Below the pieces are notes generated by a model. The model was not told the DNA's origin. It saw only the letters and a program-made list of their open reading frames with translations, and did no database searches. A DNA stretch of 64,000 nucleotides from Methanobacteriota archaeon (GTDB lineage: Archaea; Thermoplasmatota; Thermoplasmata; SG8-5; DAIRED01), in the NCBI GenBank assembly GCA_043799545.1, contig JAZDNO010000005.1, positions 64,001 through 128,000 of the forward strand. The letters are read 5' to 3'. Below, piece after piece: positions 19,162 through 28,645 of this stretch (the stretch's first letter is position 1; every line of letters starts with the position of its first letter). Both the position numbers and the translations under genes were made by a program.

Positions 19162-19989
19162 ATGGATGCGGGCGGAGTGCGCGAGGCGCTGGAGGCCATG
19201 GGGATGCGCCCTTCCAAGGGGTTGGGCCAGCATTTCCTCGTCGACGGTCGAATGGCGGACAGGCACGTTGCCGTGGCGGGAGTCGCCGGAGACCACTCGG
19301 TCCTTGAGATTGGCCCGGGGCTCGGGGTGCTGACGGAGCGGCTGCTTCCCGTTGCCAAGAGGGTCATCGCCGTAGAAACGGACCGCAGGATGTGCGCGCG
19401 CCTGGAGGAGCGCTTCGGAACCGCTGCGAACTTCGAGCTGATAAACGCAGACGCGCTGGACATCGAGCTGCCCAAATTCGACCTTTGCGTCTCGAACCTT
19501 CCGTACCAGATATCGTCGCCGATTACATTCAAGCTCCTGGAACAAAGCTTCGGACGCGCGACGCTGATGTATCAGATGGAGTTCGCCCAAAGGATGGTCG
19601 CCAGGCCAGGAACCGAGGATTACTCCCGCCTGAGCGTGGGGGCGCAGCACCGCGCCGCCTGCAAGATAGAGTTCAAGGTGCCCAGAAGCGCTTTCTGGCC
19701 GCAGCCCCGGGTCGATTCAGCAGTCGTGAGCATAGCGCCCCGCCTGCCGGCCTACCATGTTGCCGACGAGCGCCTGTTCCACGATGTGGTCAGGGTTCTA
19801 TTTTCGCATCGCCGGAAGAAGATACGGACGACGCTGGGGGACAACGCCACATCAATCGGGATGGAGCGCGGCGGCGTGCTCGCCGCCTTGGAGGGCACGC
19901 GCTTCGGCGACGAGCGGGTGGAGAGACTGGCACCGGCCGAGATAGCGGAGCTGGCGAACCTGCTAAATTCGTTGAAACGGACGGTTTGA
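19162..19989 (+). CDS. rsmA: 16S rRNA dimethyladenosine transferase
   Basis: PSKGLGQHFL, VLEIGPGLG, SNLPYQISS, FWPQPRVDS. Confidence 0.95.
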   Translation: MDAGGVREALEAMGMRPSKGLGQHFLVDGRMADRHVAVAGVAGDHSVLEIGPGLGVLTERLLPVAKRVIAVETDRRMCARLEERFGTAANFELINADALDIELPKFDLCVSNLPYQISSPITFKLLEQSFGRATLMYQMEFAQRMVARPGTEDYSRLSVGAQHRAACKIEFKVPRSAFWPQPRVDSAVVSIAPRLPAYHVADERLFHDVVRVLFSHRRKKIRTTLGDNATSIGMERGGVLAALEGTRFGDERVERLAPAEIAELANLLNSLKRTV

Positions 19990-19998
19990 AATTATTGC

Positions 19999-20280
19999 CT
20001 AAGCTTTTGTGGAAGCGAAGGTCTCAACTGCGTTTGAGGCGGCCCATATTGCGAAGATGACTCCGGTTATGGCAAAGCCAAGTGCGATGTCCAGCGCCCA
20101 GTTCTCGCCCCAGCCCCAAAGCTCTCCGTTCCATGCGTGGTCCACAACGCCGAACGTCGCCCCTCCGGCCAGCATAAAACCGAGCCTTGAGTGCTGTCGG
20201 CTGTCTTTCCAGCCGTGAACCTTTCTCCTCAGACCCGTGTGCGCCGCCCAGAAGATGAGCGGTATCGTGTAGCAACCCAT
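19999..20280 (-). CDS. small multi-TM membrane protein divergent from nikR
   Basis: MGCYTIP N-terminus, GGATFGVVDHAWNGEL motif, about 3 hydrophobic segments; GGTGA RBS. Confidence 0.7.
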   Translation of the reverse strand: MGCYTIPLIFWAAHTGLRRKVHGWKDSRQHSRLGFMLAGGATFGVVDHAWNGELWGWGENWALDIALGFAITGVIFAIWAASNAVETFASTKA

Positions 20281-20307
20281 TGCCAATCACCTGTGGCCCT
20301 CGACCCA

Positions 20308-20377
20308 GTTGCGATATAAATATCTGCCGTAGCAACCATTTAATAATCGTAGCACTTTCAAATGCTGGAAGTGCTAC
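20308..20377. promoter_or_regulatory. two 29-bp dyads, putative NikR operators
   Basis: GTAGCACT-N13-AGTGCTAC (20349-20377, perfect) and GTTGCGA-N15-TAGCAAC (20308-20336). Both fit GTWGC-N19-GCWAC and lie over or beside the divergent TATA boxes. Confidence 0.65.
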
Positions 20378-20378
20378 C

Positions 20379-20786
20379 TTGGCCGTAGAGCGCGTTGGAG
20401 TTTCGTTCGAGCCGGAGCTGCTGTCGAGGTTCGACGCTCTAATCCGGGAAAAGGGATACGCGAGCAGGTCGGAGGCGCTCCGAGACCTCGCGAGGGAATC
20501 GATAGCCAAAGCCGAGATGGATTCGGGAAGCGGGACCGTCATGGGGACGCTGACGATACTTTACGACCACGACGCGAGCGGCCTGTCTCACAGGCTCGTC
20601 CACGTCCAGCACGAACACCATGCGGATGTGATGTCCACATTGCACGTCCACGTCGACGAGAGAAACTGCCTCGAGGTGCTGCTGATAAAGGGTGAGCGCT
20701 CTGATGTGAAATTGCTGGCAGACAGGATAAGAGCGTTGAAAGGCGTGGCCCTGGGCGAGCTTGCCCTAGTCAAGGCGGACGCCTAG
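20379..20786 (+). CDS. nikR: nickel-responsive regulator NikR
   Basis: RHH ERVGVSF...SRSEALRD, and Ni-site HEHH...STLHVHVDERNCLE; TTG start. Confidence 0.92.
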   Translation: MAVERVGVSFEPELLSRFDALIREKGYASRSEALRDLARESIAKAEMDSGSGTVMGTLTILYDHDASGLSHRLVHVQHEHHADVMSTLHVHVDERNCLEVLLIKGERSDVKLLADRIRALKGVALGELALVKADA

Positions 20787-21109
20787 TCCTTGAACTCGAG
20801 GAATTTCCTTCCCTTTTCGGTCATCATGTCTGGGTGCCAGGGGGTTTCCCTGTCCACGACTATCTCGACGCCAGTGACCCCGTTGATGCCGCAGACCGCC
20901 TTGTGTATTCTCTGCGCCACTATCGTGTGGAACGGGCAGCACTTGGTGCCGAATATCATGTGGAGCCGGACCTCGCTTCCCCTGACCTCCACTTCCCTCA
21001 CGAAGCCGAGGTCGACGACGCTTACGCCCAGTTCCGGGTCGCAGCAGCCCTCAAGGGCCTTCTTTACGGTTTCACCGGTGATTTTACTGGAAGACATGAG
21101 AGCATCCAC
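20783..21109 (-). CDS. DUF59/SufT/PaaD-like Fe-S cluster assembly protein
   Basis: DPELGVSVVDLGFV, TKCCPF, PWHPDMM. Confidence 0.88.
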   Translation of the reverse strand: MDALMSSSKITGETVKKALEGCCDPELGVSVVDLGFVREVEVRGSEVRLHMIFGTKCCPFHTIVAQRIHKAVCGINGVTGVEIVVDRETPWHPDMMTEKGRKFLEFKD

Positions 21110-21148
21110 CCCGGATTTCGATGATATGGCTTGTCCCTAACATGTTCG

Positions 21149-21790
21149 TCACTTCCTCGATTGCTGCCTGAAGTAGTCCTCGATGATCTTTCTCTGGCCG
21201 CGCCTGAGTATCTCGGAGAGGGTCGCGGTCGATATGCTGAACATCTCCGAAAGCTCCTTGATTCCGATGCGTTTGGGGAAGTCGTAGTAGCCGCGCTCGA
21301 ACGCCACCTGGATAATCTTCTCCTGCTTCTCCGTCAGCATCTCGTCCTCGTTGATGTTGGAAATCTTGAGGAGCTGGACCTCTGCCTCGGCGTTCTGAAA
21401 ATCCCATATGAGCTGCTGGAGCACTTTACGGTCTGAGAAGATTATCTTGTAGTTCACGTGGCCCTTCTGGGTCGATACTGCCGATAGGACGAAGCAGTCC
21501 TTGTCCGCGAAGAGCTTGCAGCCTATGCAGTCCTTGGTCGAGACTATGGCGTAGAATTTTTCCCGCTCGACGGCGCTAATCTCCACGCCCTCCACGCACG
21601 AACAGGTCTTGATGGCTTTGACTATCTCCTCGACTGTGGCGTCCCTGAATTTAATCTCCACAAGGTCGTTGACGATATTGTTCTGCAGGGGCGTGCAATC
21701 CAGCATCTTGACCTCCACGTTGTACCTTTCGGAGAGCTGGCTCGCCCAGGAGAAGGGCGACTTGATGGATAAGATGGCCTCCATTATCAT
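21149..21790 (-). CDS. HTH_10 (Bat-like) transcriptional regulator
   Basis: C-terminal LTEKQEKIIQVAFERGYYDFPKRIGIKELSEMFSISTATLSEILRRG. Confidence 0.88.
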   Translation of the reverse strand: MIMEAILSIKSPFSWASQLSERYNVEVKMLDCTPLQNNIVNDLVEIKFRDATVEEIVKAIKTCSCVEGVEISAVEREKFYAIVSTKDCIGCKLFADKDCFVLSAVSTQKGHVNYKIIFSDRKVLQQLIWDFQNAEAEVQLLKISNINEDEMLTEKQEKIIQVAFERGYYDFPKRIGIKELSEMFSISTATLSEILRRGQRKIIEDYFRQQSRK

Positions 21791-21926
21791 GCTCGCACCG
21801 TATGAGCATCTCGGTACGGGTATATAACGCTTTTTCGCAGCGGGGCCAGCAGGCGGGGGCGCCACCCGAAAGGGTTATCTACACCCCCCATCTATACCTC
21901 GGACGGTCTTTTGTCAGGGTGCTAGA

Positions 21927-22790
21927 ATGCAGAAAAAGAAGCTGACGGAAACAGAGAGCGCGGAGTTGAAGCTAAAGGCTCTGTTCGACAAGAGGAACGA
22001 GTACAACGCCCAGGCCATCGCCTTCAGGGAGCAGAGGAACCTCCTCAACGCCGAGAAGGGAAAGAAGATAGACGAGATGGTGGAGCTTCGCAACGTAAGG
22101 GCTGATAACGTGCGCCTGATGAGGGAGCACAAGCGGCTGCGGAACGAGTACCAGGACAAGGCGAAATCGCTCCTCGACGTCAAGATGAAGCGCAGGAAGG
22201 ACATCCACACCGATCTGCCTGGCGAGCTCGCGGCGAAGAAGACCAACGTCAGGAAGATGGACCTCAAGCAGCAGACCCAGGTGATGACGATTGCGGAAGA
22301 GAACGACCTCATTGACGAGATAAAGGTCGAGATGAAGGAGATAAACCGCCTTGAGAAAATCAAGGCGCAGCAGGACTCGGTCAAGGGCGAGGTCAAGAAG
22401 GTCAGCGAGGATATCTCCGAGCTTTTCCAGATGGCTGATGACGAGCACAAGCTCGTGGTGGAATTCGCCAACAAGGCGAACGAAGCCCATGAGAAGATAA
22501 CGATGATGATGGAAGAAGTCACGAACATGATACGCGAGGCCAACAAGCAGCACGCCGCCTACGTCGCATGCAGGGAGAAGGCGGACGAGTTCCACCAGAA
22601 AGGGCAGGAGATGCGCGAGAAGGTCATGGCCAGCAAGCGTGAGAAGTACGACGAGCAGCGCGCCGCCCGCCAGGACATAGTGAGCCAGAACAAGTCCGCC
22701 CGGGCCGCGCTTCTTGACAAGGACAAGCTCGACAGGGCCGCCGAGGACGCGCTCCAGACCCTGCTGAAGAAGGGGAAGGTCGAAATCTGA
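21927..22790 (+). CDS. archaeal coiled-coil protein (COG1340-like)
   Basis: Long heptad K/E-rich helix; DLKQQTQVMTIAEENDLID and ADEFHQK; ends in KKGKVEI. Confidence 0.75.
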   Translation: MQKKKLTETESAELKLKALFDKRNEYNAQAIAFREQRNLLNAEKGKKIDEMVELRNVRADNVRLMREHKRLRNEYQDKAKSLLDVKMKRRKDIHTDLPGELAAKKTNVRKMDLKQQTQVMTIAEENDLIDEIKVEMKEINRLEKIKAQQDSVKGEVKKVSEDISELFQMADDEHKLVVEFANKANEAHEKITMMMEEVTNMIREANKQHAAYVACREKADEFHQKGQEMREKVMASKREKYDEQRAARQDIVSQNKSARAALLDKDKLDRAAEDALQTLLKKGKVEI

Positions 22791-23887
22791 TGATGGAGGC
22801 TGTCATACTAGCCGGCGGTGCGGGGAAGCGCCTCCAGCCGCTGACGGAGCACAGGCCGAAACCGCTCATCCCAGTCGCCGGCAAGCCGTGCATCGACTAC
22901 GTCATCAAATCCCTGGTCTCCGCCGATTTCAAGAAGATAATCATCACCACGGGCCATCTTTCGGACAAGGTCATAAAAGGGATTGCCGACGGCGGCCAGT
23001 TCGGCGCGCACATCCTATACTCCTTCGAGGAGGTGCCGGTCGGCACCGCCGGTGCTGTCAAGAGGGCGGAAGGCTTCCTGACTGGCACGTTCGTCGTCGC
23101 GAGCGGCGACGTTCTGGCAGACGTGAACATCAAGGAGCTCCTCGACTTCCACAGAAAGTCCGGGGCGCTCGCGACGATGGCCCTGACAGAGGTGAAGGAC
23201 CCTACCGATTTTGGAATCGTCGGAATGGACAAGGGCGGCAGGATAAACCGGTTCCTCGAGAAGCCCAAGAAGGAAGAGGCCTTCTCAAACCTCATCAACG
23301 CGGGCATCTACGTACTGGAACCGGAGGTTCTGTCGTACATTCCGGCGGACACTCTGTTCGACTTCGCGAAGAACCTTTTCCCCATCCTCCTCGAGAAAGG
23401 GCTCCCTCTGTACGGGAAAACCATTCACGGGATATGGAGGGACATTGGGCGTCCGAGCGACTTGCTCAGGGCGAGCCTGGACGTCATAGAGCGCAGCGGC
23501 TCTGCAATATCCCTGCCAGGAGTCAAGACGAGCGGTCCCATAATACTCGGAAAGAACGCCGTCATCGAGAAGGGCGTGAGGATTGTGGGTCCTGCGTACA
23601 TAGGCGACGATGCGTTCCTGTCGAGGGGATGCGTCATTGAGCGCTCGTGCATCTACAAGAAGGTGTTCGTCGACAAGGGTACGGTCATCAGGGACAGCAT
23701 AGTCTTGGACGGAAGCCATATCTCCTGGCAGAGCGAGGTGGACAGCAGCGTCGTCTCCCAGGGCTGCAACATAGAAGAGGACGTCAGAATAGTGCGCTCC
23801 GTCATCGGGGACAACATGGCGGTCAAGATTCACTCCAGGCTCGAGGACGCGAACATCAGCCCGCCGAACGGCGAGCCCCAGAAATAG
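22790..23887 (+). CDS. NDP-sugar pyrophosphorylase (nucleotidyltransferase plus hexapeptide repeats)
   Basis: LAGGAGKRLQPLT..RPKPLIPVAGKP, GTAGAV, FLEKP, INAGIY, WRDIGRP. Confidence 0.9.
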   Translation: MMEAVILAGGAGKRLQPLTEHRPKPLIPVAGKPCIDYVIKSLVSADFKKIIITTGHLSDKVIKGIADGGQFGAHILYSFEEVPVGTAGAVKRAEGFLTGTFVVASGDVLADVNIKELLDFHRKSGALATMALTEVKDPTDFGIVGMDKGGRINRFLEKPKKEEAFSNLINAGIYVLEPEVLSYIPADTLFDFAKNLFPILLEKGLPLYGKTIHGIWRDIGRPSDLLRASLDVIERSGSAISLPGVKTSGPIILGKNAVIEKGVRIVGPAYIGDDAFLSRGCVIERSCIYKKVFVDKGTVIRDSIVLDGSHISWQSEVDSSVVSQGCNIEEDVRIVRSVIGDNMAVKIHSRLEDANISPPNGEPQK

Positions 23888-23897
23888 CCTGCGCCGG

Positions 23898-24185
23898 TCA
23901 CATCATCAGATTGAGAAATTCGCGCCCGGTCATGCCCTCTTTCGCGCCGAGTTCCGCGGCTTTTGTTGAGACTTCTACGACCTTTGCTGCCAGGACGTCT
24001 TCGACCGTCCGCACGCCAAAAACCTTCGCCGCAACGTCCCCCATCTTATTGGCCGCCGCCATATTGAGGTACCCGCACATGGCATACCCCTTCTTCGCCC
24101 TGACGATGACGAGCGGGAAATTTGGCATTTCAACAACGATTCCGACTGCCGTCCCGCGCTCCAAATCTACGTGCTTGGTGTGCAT
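23898..24185 (-). CDS. YunC/DUF1805 family protein
   Basis: GYAMCGYLNM, AAKVFGVRTVEDVL, GMTGREFL. Start set at ATG 24185. Confidence 0.85.
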   Translation of the reverse strand: MHTKHVDLERGTAVGIVVEMPNFPLVIVRAKKGYAMCGYLNMAAANKMGDVAAKVFGVRTVEDVLAAKVVEVSTKAAELGAKEGMTGREFLNLMM

Positions 24186-24250
24186 GAACGAGTAATCGCC
24201 AACGGAGGTAAATACCTTCTCTCGACGGACCTCCGCATCCGAATGCGCCG

Positions 24251-25909
24251 TCATGATAAACCTACGATATTCCCCTTCTCGTCGAAGTCTATCAACTCGG
24301 CGGCAGGACGCTTCGGCAGGCCCGGCATCCGGGTTATCTCCCCGGCTATGGGTATGAGGAATCCAGCGCCTGTGGATATCTTGACCTCGCTGACGTGGAC
24401 CTCGAACCCCTTCGGGGCGCCCAGGAGCTTGGGGTCGTCGGAGAAGGAATATTGGGTCTTTGCAACGCACAGCGGCAAGCCCCCGCAGCCCAGCTCCTCC
24501 CAGGTCTCAATGTCCTTCTTGGCTTCCGGCGAATAGACCACCCTGCCCGCATGGTATATTTTCGATGCCAGCGCGTCCATCTTATCCGCGATGCCATCGT
24601 CCAGGGGATAGGCGAACCTTGGCTCCAGTTCGTTCACCGACGACATCACGGCTCGGGCCAGGTCGAGGGAGCCTTCGGAGCCCCTTGCATGGGCCTCGGT
24701 CGCGACGCATTCAGCATCGAACGACCGGCACAGCTCGCTCACCAGCTTAATTTCGTTCGGCGTGTCGTTCCTGTTTACGTTTAAGGCTATCACGGGCTTC
24801 CAGCCGAACGCCCGTACGTTCTCGATGTGGCGCTGGAGGTTCACGAATCCCGATTCGAGCGCTTTCAGATTCTCAGTGCCCAGGGCATTCTTGCCGACGC
24901 CCCCGTGATACTTGAGTGCCTTCACTGTGGCGACAATGACGACGGCGGCAACCGGCAGACCTGACTTCCTGCAGAAGATGTCGAAGAACTTCTCCCCTCC
25001 CAGGTCGGAGCCGAATCCCGCTTCGGTGACATAGTAATCAGCGAAGCTCAGGCCCAGTCTGGCGCCAATCAGGGACGACGTGCCGTGCGCGATGTTTGCG
25101 AACGGGCCCCCGTGGATAATCGCCGGCGTCCCCTCAATGGTCTGGACCAGGTTCGGTTTTATGGCGTCCTTGAGCAGGACGGCCATCGCCCCAGAGGCCT
25201 TCAGATCCCGGCAGAAGACTGGCTTATCGTCGGTTGTGAAACCCACGAGGGCGTTGCCGAGCATCTCCTTGAGCTCAGCAGGGTTCCTGCACAGGCAAAG
25301 TATGGCCATGACCTCGGACGCGGCGGTGATGTCGAACTGGGTCTCGTCCACCATGCCGCCCTCCTTCCCGCCCAGGCCGACGACAATCCTGCGCAGCGAG
25401 CGGTCGTTCACGTCCATGACTCTCGGCCATTCGATTCTCCGCGAGTCCAGATTCAGCTTGTTGGAGAAATGCAGGCTGTTGTTTACCAGGGCGGAGAGCA
25501 GGTTGTGGGCCGATGTAATCGCGTGAAGGTCCCCCGTGAAATGCAGATTGATGTCTTCCATGGGGAGCACTTGGGAATACCCGCCGCCGGCCGCGCCGCC
25601 CTTCATCCCGAACACGGGGCCGAGGGACGGCTCTCTCAGTCCGACCACGGCATTCTTCCCCAGCTTGCAGAGCGCCATAGCCAGGCCGATGGCCATAGTT
25701 GTCTTCCCCTCCCCCGCGGGGGTGGGGCTCATGGCCGTCACGAGGATAATCTTCCCTTTCTTCCGGGAAAGGTCGATTCCATCCACGGCGACCTTGGCCT
25801 TGTCGCATCCAAAGGGCAACAGAAGTTCGGGGTCTAGACCCAACCTCCCCGCGATGGCGTGCATGGGCTCCGGGGGCCTCCCTCGCGCAATCTCGATGTC
25901 TGCGAGCAA
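24251..25909 (-). CDS. fhs: formate--tetrahydrofolate ligase
   Basis: TPAGEGKTT, GMKGGAAGGG, HGGPFANIAHG, TEAGFGSDLG, TRMPGLP. Confidence 0.97.
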   Translation of the reverse strand: MLADIEIARGRPPEPMHAIAGRLGLDPELLLPFGCDKAKVAVDGIDLSRKKGKIILVTAMSPTPAGEGKTTMAIGLAMALCKLGKNAVVGLREPSLGPVFGMKGGAAGGGYSQVLPMEDINLHFTGDLHAITSAHNLLSALVNNSLHFSNKLNLDSRRIEWPRVMDVNDRSLRRIVVGLGGKEGGMVDETQFDITAASEVMAILCLCRNPAELKEMLGNALVGFTTDDKPVFCRDLKASGAMAVLLKDAIKPNLVQTIEGTPAIIHGGPFANIAHGTSSLIGARLGLSFADYYVTEAGFGSDLGGEKFFDIFCRKSGLPVAAVVIVATVKALKYHGGVGKNALGTENLKALESGFVNLQRHIENVRAFGWKPVIALNVNRNDTPNEIKLVSELCRSFDAECVATEAHARGSEGSLDLARAVMSSVNELEPRFAYPLDDGIADKMDALASKIYHAGRVVYSPEAKKDIETWEELGCGGLPLCVAKTQYSFSDDPKLLGAPKGFEVHVSEVKISTGAGFLIPIAGEITRMPGLPKRPAAELIDFDEKGNIVGLS

Positions 25910-25913
25910 TGGC

Positions 25914-27584
25914 TCACCCTGCCAGGCTCGCGTCCATAGTTGCCATCACAGAGTCGCGGACGCCCGCGGCGTCTTTCTTCAGCTTGTTAACTGCCGATAT
26001 CATTGCGTTCTTGTAGGTCTCGTCCTTGACCTCTTTCAAATTGATGAGCACGTTCATGAGCGCACCCTCCACCCCGGTCCAGGCCGCCAGCGCAGCCACT
26101 CCAGCATCGGAGGCCGAGTTTTTATTGCCTTTTTCTGCCACTTCCTTCGCGAGCTCAAGGGCGCGCAAGCACAGCTTCGCCGTTCCCAGCGGCACGCCTA
26201 TCGCTTTTTTATAACCATCCTGGATAGCCGCGTCCCGAGCCGAGATTTGCTCCGGCGTCTTTTTTGGCAGGCGCATCGCCTCCATCAAGGAGTTGAAGGC
26301 GCTGGTGTCGTCGTCCACGCACCTGCATAATCTGTCCTTCACAGATTGCGCCTCGCGCGATAGCTCGTCCATCCTCGCGAAGTCTTGCTCGTACCCTTTC
26401 TTGCCCACTGTGAGGTTCGCCACCATCGCGGCCAGGGCGGCCCCGAGCGCTCCAGACAGGGCGGCAACGCTGCCGCCTCCGGGCGCTGGGGAATCTGAAG
26501 AGACTTCGTCGACGAAACGCTTCGCGGTCATGGACATGAGCGGAGCATGGGGCGAGAACTGGTATTCGATTACCTTCTTCGAAGGGTCGAACTCGGAGAG
26601 CTGGTCTAGGCCGAGCGATTTCACGGCCATGGCTATGAGCTCGTAGTCTGGAACCCCCGTCGATTTGCCCTGCCTTTTGAAATAGTATCTCCCAGCCTCC
26701 AGAAGGGGCTCGAGGGGGATGAGCCCGACCAGCTCGCTGCCCGTTACCCGCAGGCCAAGTTTGTGGGCTCCCTCGCAGGCAGCCTCGAAGACGGCGTGGG
26801 GCGGGGTCATTTTCCAATTGGTCAGGTTGATGGAAATCTGTGCCTGGCCGTACTGCTCGATGTACCATCCTACGGCCTTGACCGCTTTGAACTTCCCCGG
26901 AATTTTGACAGTGTTGCCGTCGGCGTCCTTCAGGGTCTTCCCGTCAGGACCCTTCTTGGGTCTTCCAGCCTCGCGGATGTCCAGCGCGATTTCGTGCGCC
27001 AGCTTCTTGTCCTTTGTGTTCAGGTTGACGTTGTACGCTATGAGAAAATCGCGCGCCCCGATTATAACCGCCCCGGTCTTAGGCTTGAATTCCGAGGGGC
27101 CGAAATCTGGCTTCCATTCGGATTTCTTCAGCTTCTCCAGGAGACCCTCGTACTCACCCGCTCGTACTTCAGCTAGGTTGCGGCGCTCCGGTTTTGTAGC
27201 CGCATGCTCGTAGAGATATACGGGTATCTCCAGCTCCCTGCCTACGCGTTCCCCGACCTCCCGCGCGAGCGCCACGCAGTCATCCATGGTCACCCCGGAG
27301 ACTGGAATGAACGGGCAGACGTCGGTGGCGCCCATGCGCGCGTGCGCGCCGTGGTGCTTGCCCATGTCAATGACCTCGGAGGCTTTTCTAATCGCCTGGA
27401 AGGCAGCTTCCTTGACCCCCTCGGGCGAACCGACAAAGGTCACTACTGTGCGGTTCGTATCGGCTCCGGGGTCGACGTCCAGAAGCTTCACGTCCGGCAC
27501 CTCCTTGATGGCATCGGTTATGGCTTCTATCTTCTTCAGGTCCCGCCCCTCGCTGAAGTTCGGAACGCACTCGACGATTCTCAT
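25914..27584 (-). CDS. ftcD: bifunctional glutamate formimidoyltransferase / formiminoTHF cyclodeaminase
   Basis: ECVPNFSEG, HHGAHARMGATDV, RDFLIAYNVNL, then the cyclodeaminase motif SDSPAPGGGSVAAL and NKNSASD. Confidence 0.95.
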   Translation of the reverse strand: MRIVECVPNFSEGRDLKKIEAITDAIKEVPDVKLLDVDPGADTNRTVVTFVGSPEGVKEAAFQAIRKASEVIDMGKHHGAHARMGATDVCPFIPVSGVTMDDCVALAREVGERVGRELEIPVYLYEHAATKPERRNLAEVRAGEYEGLLEKLKKSEWKPDFGPSEFKPKTGAVIIGARDFLIAYNVNLNTKDKKLAHEIALDIREAGRPKKGPDGKTLKDADGNTVKIPGKFKAVKAVGWYIEQYGQAQISINLTNWKMTPPHAVFEAACEGAHKLGLRVTGSELVGLIPLEPLLEAGRYYFKRQGKSTGVPDYELIAMAVKSLGLDQLSEFDPSKKVIEYQFSPHAPLMSMTAKRFVDEVSSDSPAPGGGSVAALSGALGAALAAMVANLTVGKKGYEQDFARMDELSREAQSVKDRLCRCVDDDTSAFNSLMEAMRLPKKTPEQISARDAAIQDGYKKAIGVPLGTAKLCLRALELAKEVAEKGNKNSASDAGVAALAAWTGVEGALMNVLINLKEVKDETYKNAMISAVNKLKKDAAGVRDSVMATMDASLAG

Positions 27585-27708
27585 GGCGACCACTGCCCCT
27601 AAATTGAACTAATACTATAAGTGTTTGACCCGCCGCGCTCATGTTTTGGCTTTCTGGGCATGCAAAACCCTTATAAACGGGCTCCGTTTCACCAACCCTG
27701 CGATTTAC

Positions 27709-27876
27709 ATGAACGACGAAGTGGCATGCAACTCCTGTGGCATCAGGCTGATAGGAAACAAGGACACCAAGTTCAACTGTCCAGACTGCGGCGCGGTCAT
27801 AATGGGCCGATGCGAGCAGTGCAGGGACCAGAGCATAGTATACAAGTGCCCCAAGTGCGGGTTTGCGGGACCGTGA
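27709..27876 (+). CDS. zinc-ribbon protein (DUF1610/HVO_2753 family)
   Basis: Four CxxC motifs, ending [11 protein letters not shown], directly upstream of EF-1beta (conserved synteny). Confidence 0.9.
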   Translation: MNDEVACNSCGIRLIGNKDTKFNCPDCGAVIMGRCEQCRDQSIVYKCPKCGFAGP

Positions 27877-27880
27877 GCCA

Positions 27881-28150
27881 ATGGGCGACGTGTTGATATT
27901 CTTCCAGGCGGCGCCAGAGGGACTGGAGACTGACCTGGGCAAGATGCGCGCCGGCCTCGAAGCCGTTGCCAAAAAGCACGGCAGGCTCCCAGGTCCAATC
28001 GAGCAGAAGCCGCTGGCATTCGGCCTCGAGGCGCTGATAGTCAAGGTCATCATCCCCGACAAGGCGGGCCTCATGGACAAGCTGGAGGCGGAGCTGAGGG
28101 CGGTCGAGGGCGTCAGCAACGTAGAGACGCTGGATATGAGCCTGATTTGA
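27881..28150 (+). CDS. ef1b: translation elongation factor 1-beta
   Basis: MGDV, PLAFGLEAL, VEGVSNVETL. Confidence 0.9.
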   Translation: MGDVLIFFQAAPEGLETDLGKMRAGLEAVAKKHGRLPGPIEQKPLAFGLEALIVKVIIPDKAGLMDKLEAELRAVEGVSNVETLDMSLI

Positions 28151-28282
28151 GGCTATTCAAAGAGTCACGTTAATTATAAAATAGGTATCCGTCAGACAAG
28201 AAATATTGGACGATTTTGATAGCTAACTGGTTGGACGCGTCTCTCGGCGTTTGTTAATTGTTAGTTCTGTCAGATTGGCTCG

Positions 28283-28645
28283 CTATTTTGAATTCATTCT
28301 CTCAATTAAATCCGTTTTTGTATATTTAGTGGTTATATTATTATATGAACGTTTTCGTACTTCTGCAGCATGTACAAATACTGCGCGCTGAAGCAATTCG
28401 ACGTAGGCACTTCTTTTCAATCGATATAGCTTTATTCTTCCTTTCCCAACAGGCCTAGATTCAACGATTATTGCAACTCGCTCTAGATATAAAAGAGAAT
28501 CTCTAATGGCTGGAAGTGATCGATCCAATGCTTCAGCAATTTCACTCACGACGTAATCGAATCTAGGATGCGCCAAAAGAAAATCAAATACTTCTATATC
28601 GAGTTTGGATCGAAACATATCTTCAATCATGTTTCTCTCCTCCAA
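28283..28645 (-). CDS. winged-helix DNA-binding protein (low-GC island)
   Basis: EVFDFLLAHP..DYVVSEIAEALDRSLPAIRDSLLYLE...GRIKLYRL; GGAG RBS. Confidence 0.7.
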   Translation of the reverse strand: MEERNMIEDMFRSKLDIEVFDFLLAHPRFDYVVSEIAEALDRSLPAIRDSLLYLERVAIIVESRPVGKGRIKLYRLKRSAYVELLQRAVFVHAAEVRKRSYNNITTKYTKTDLIERMNSK

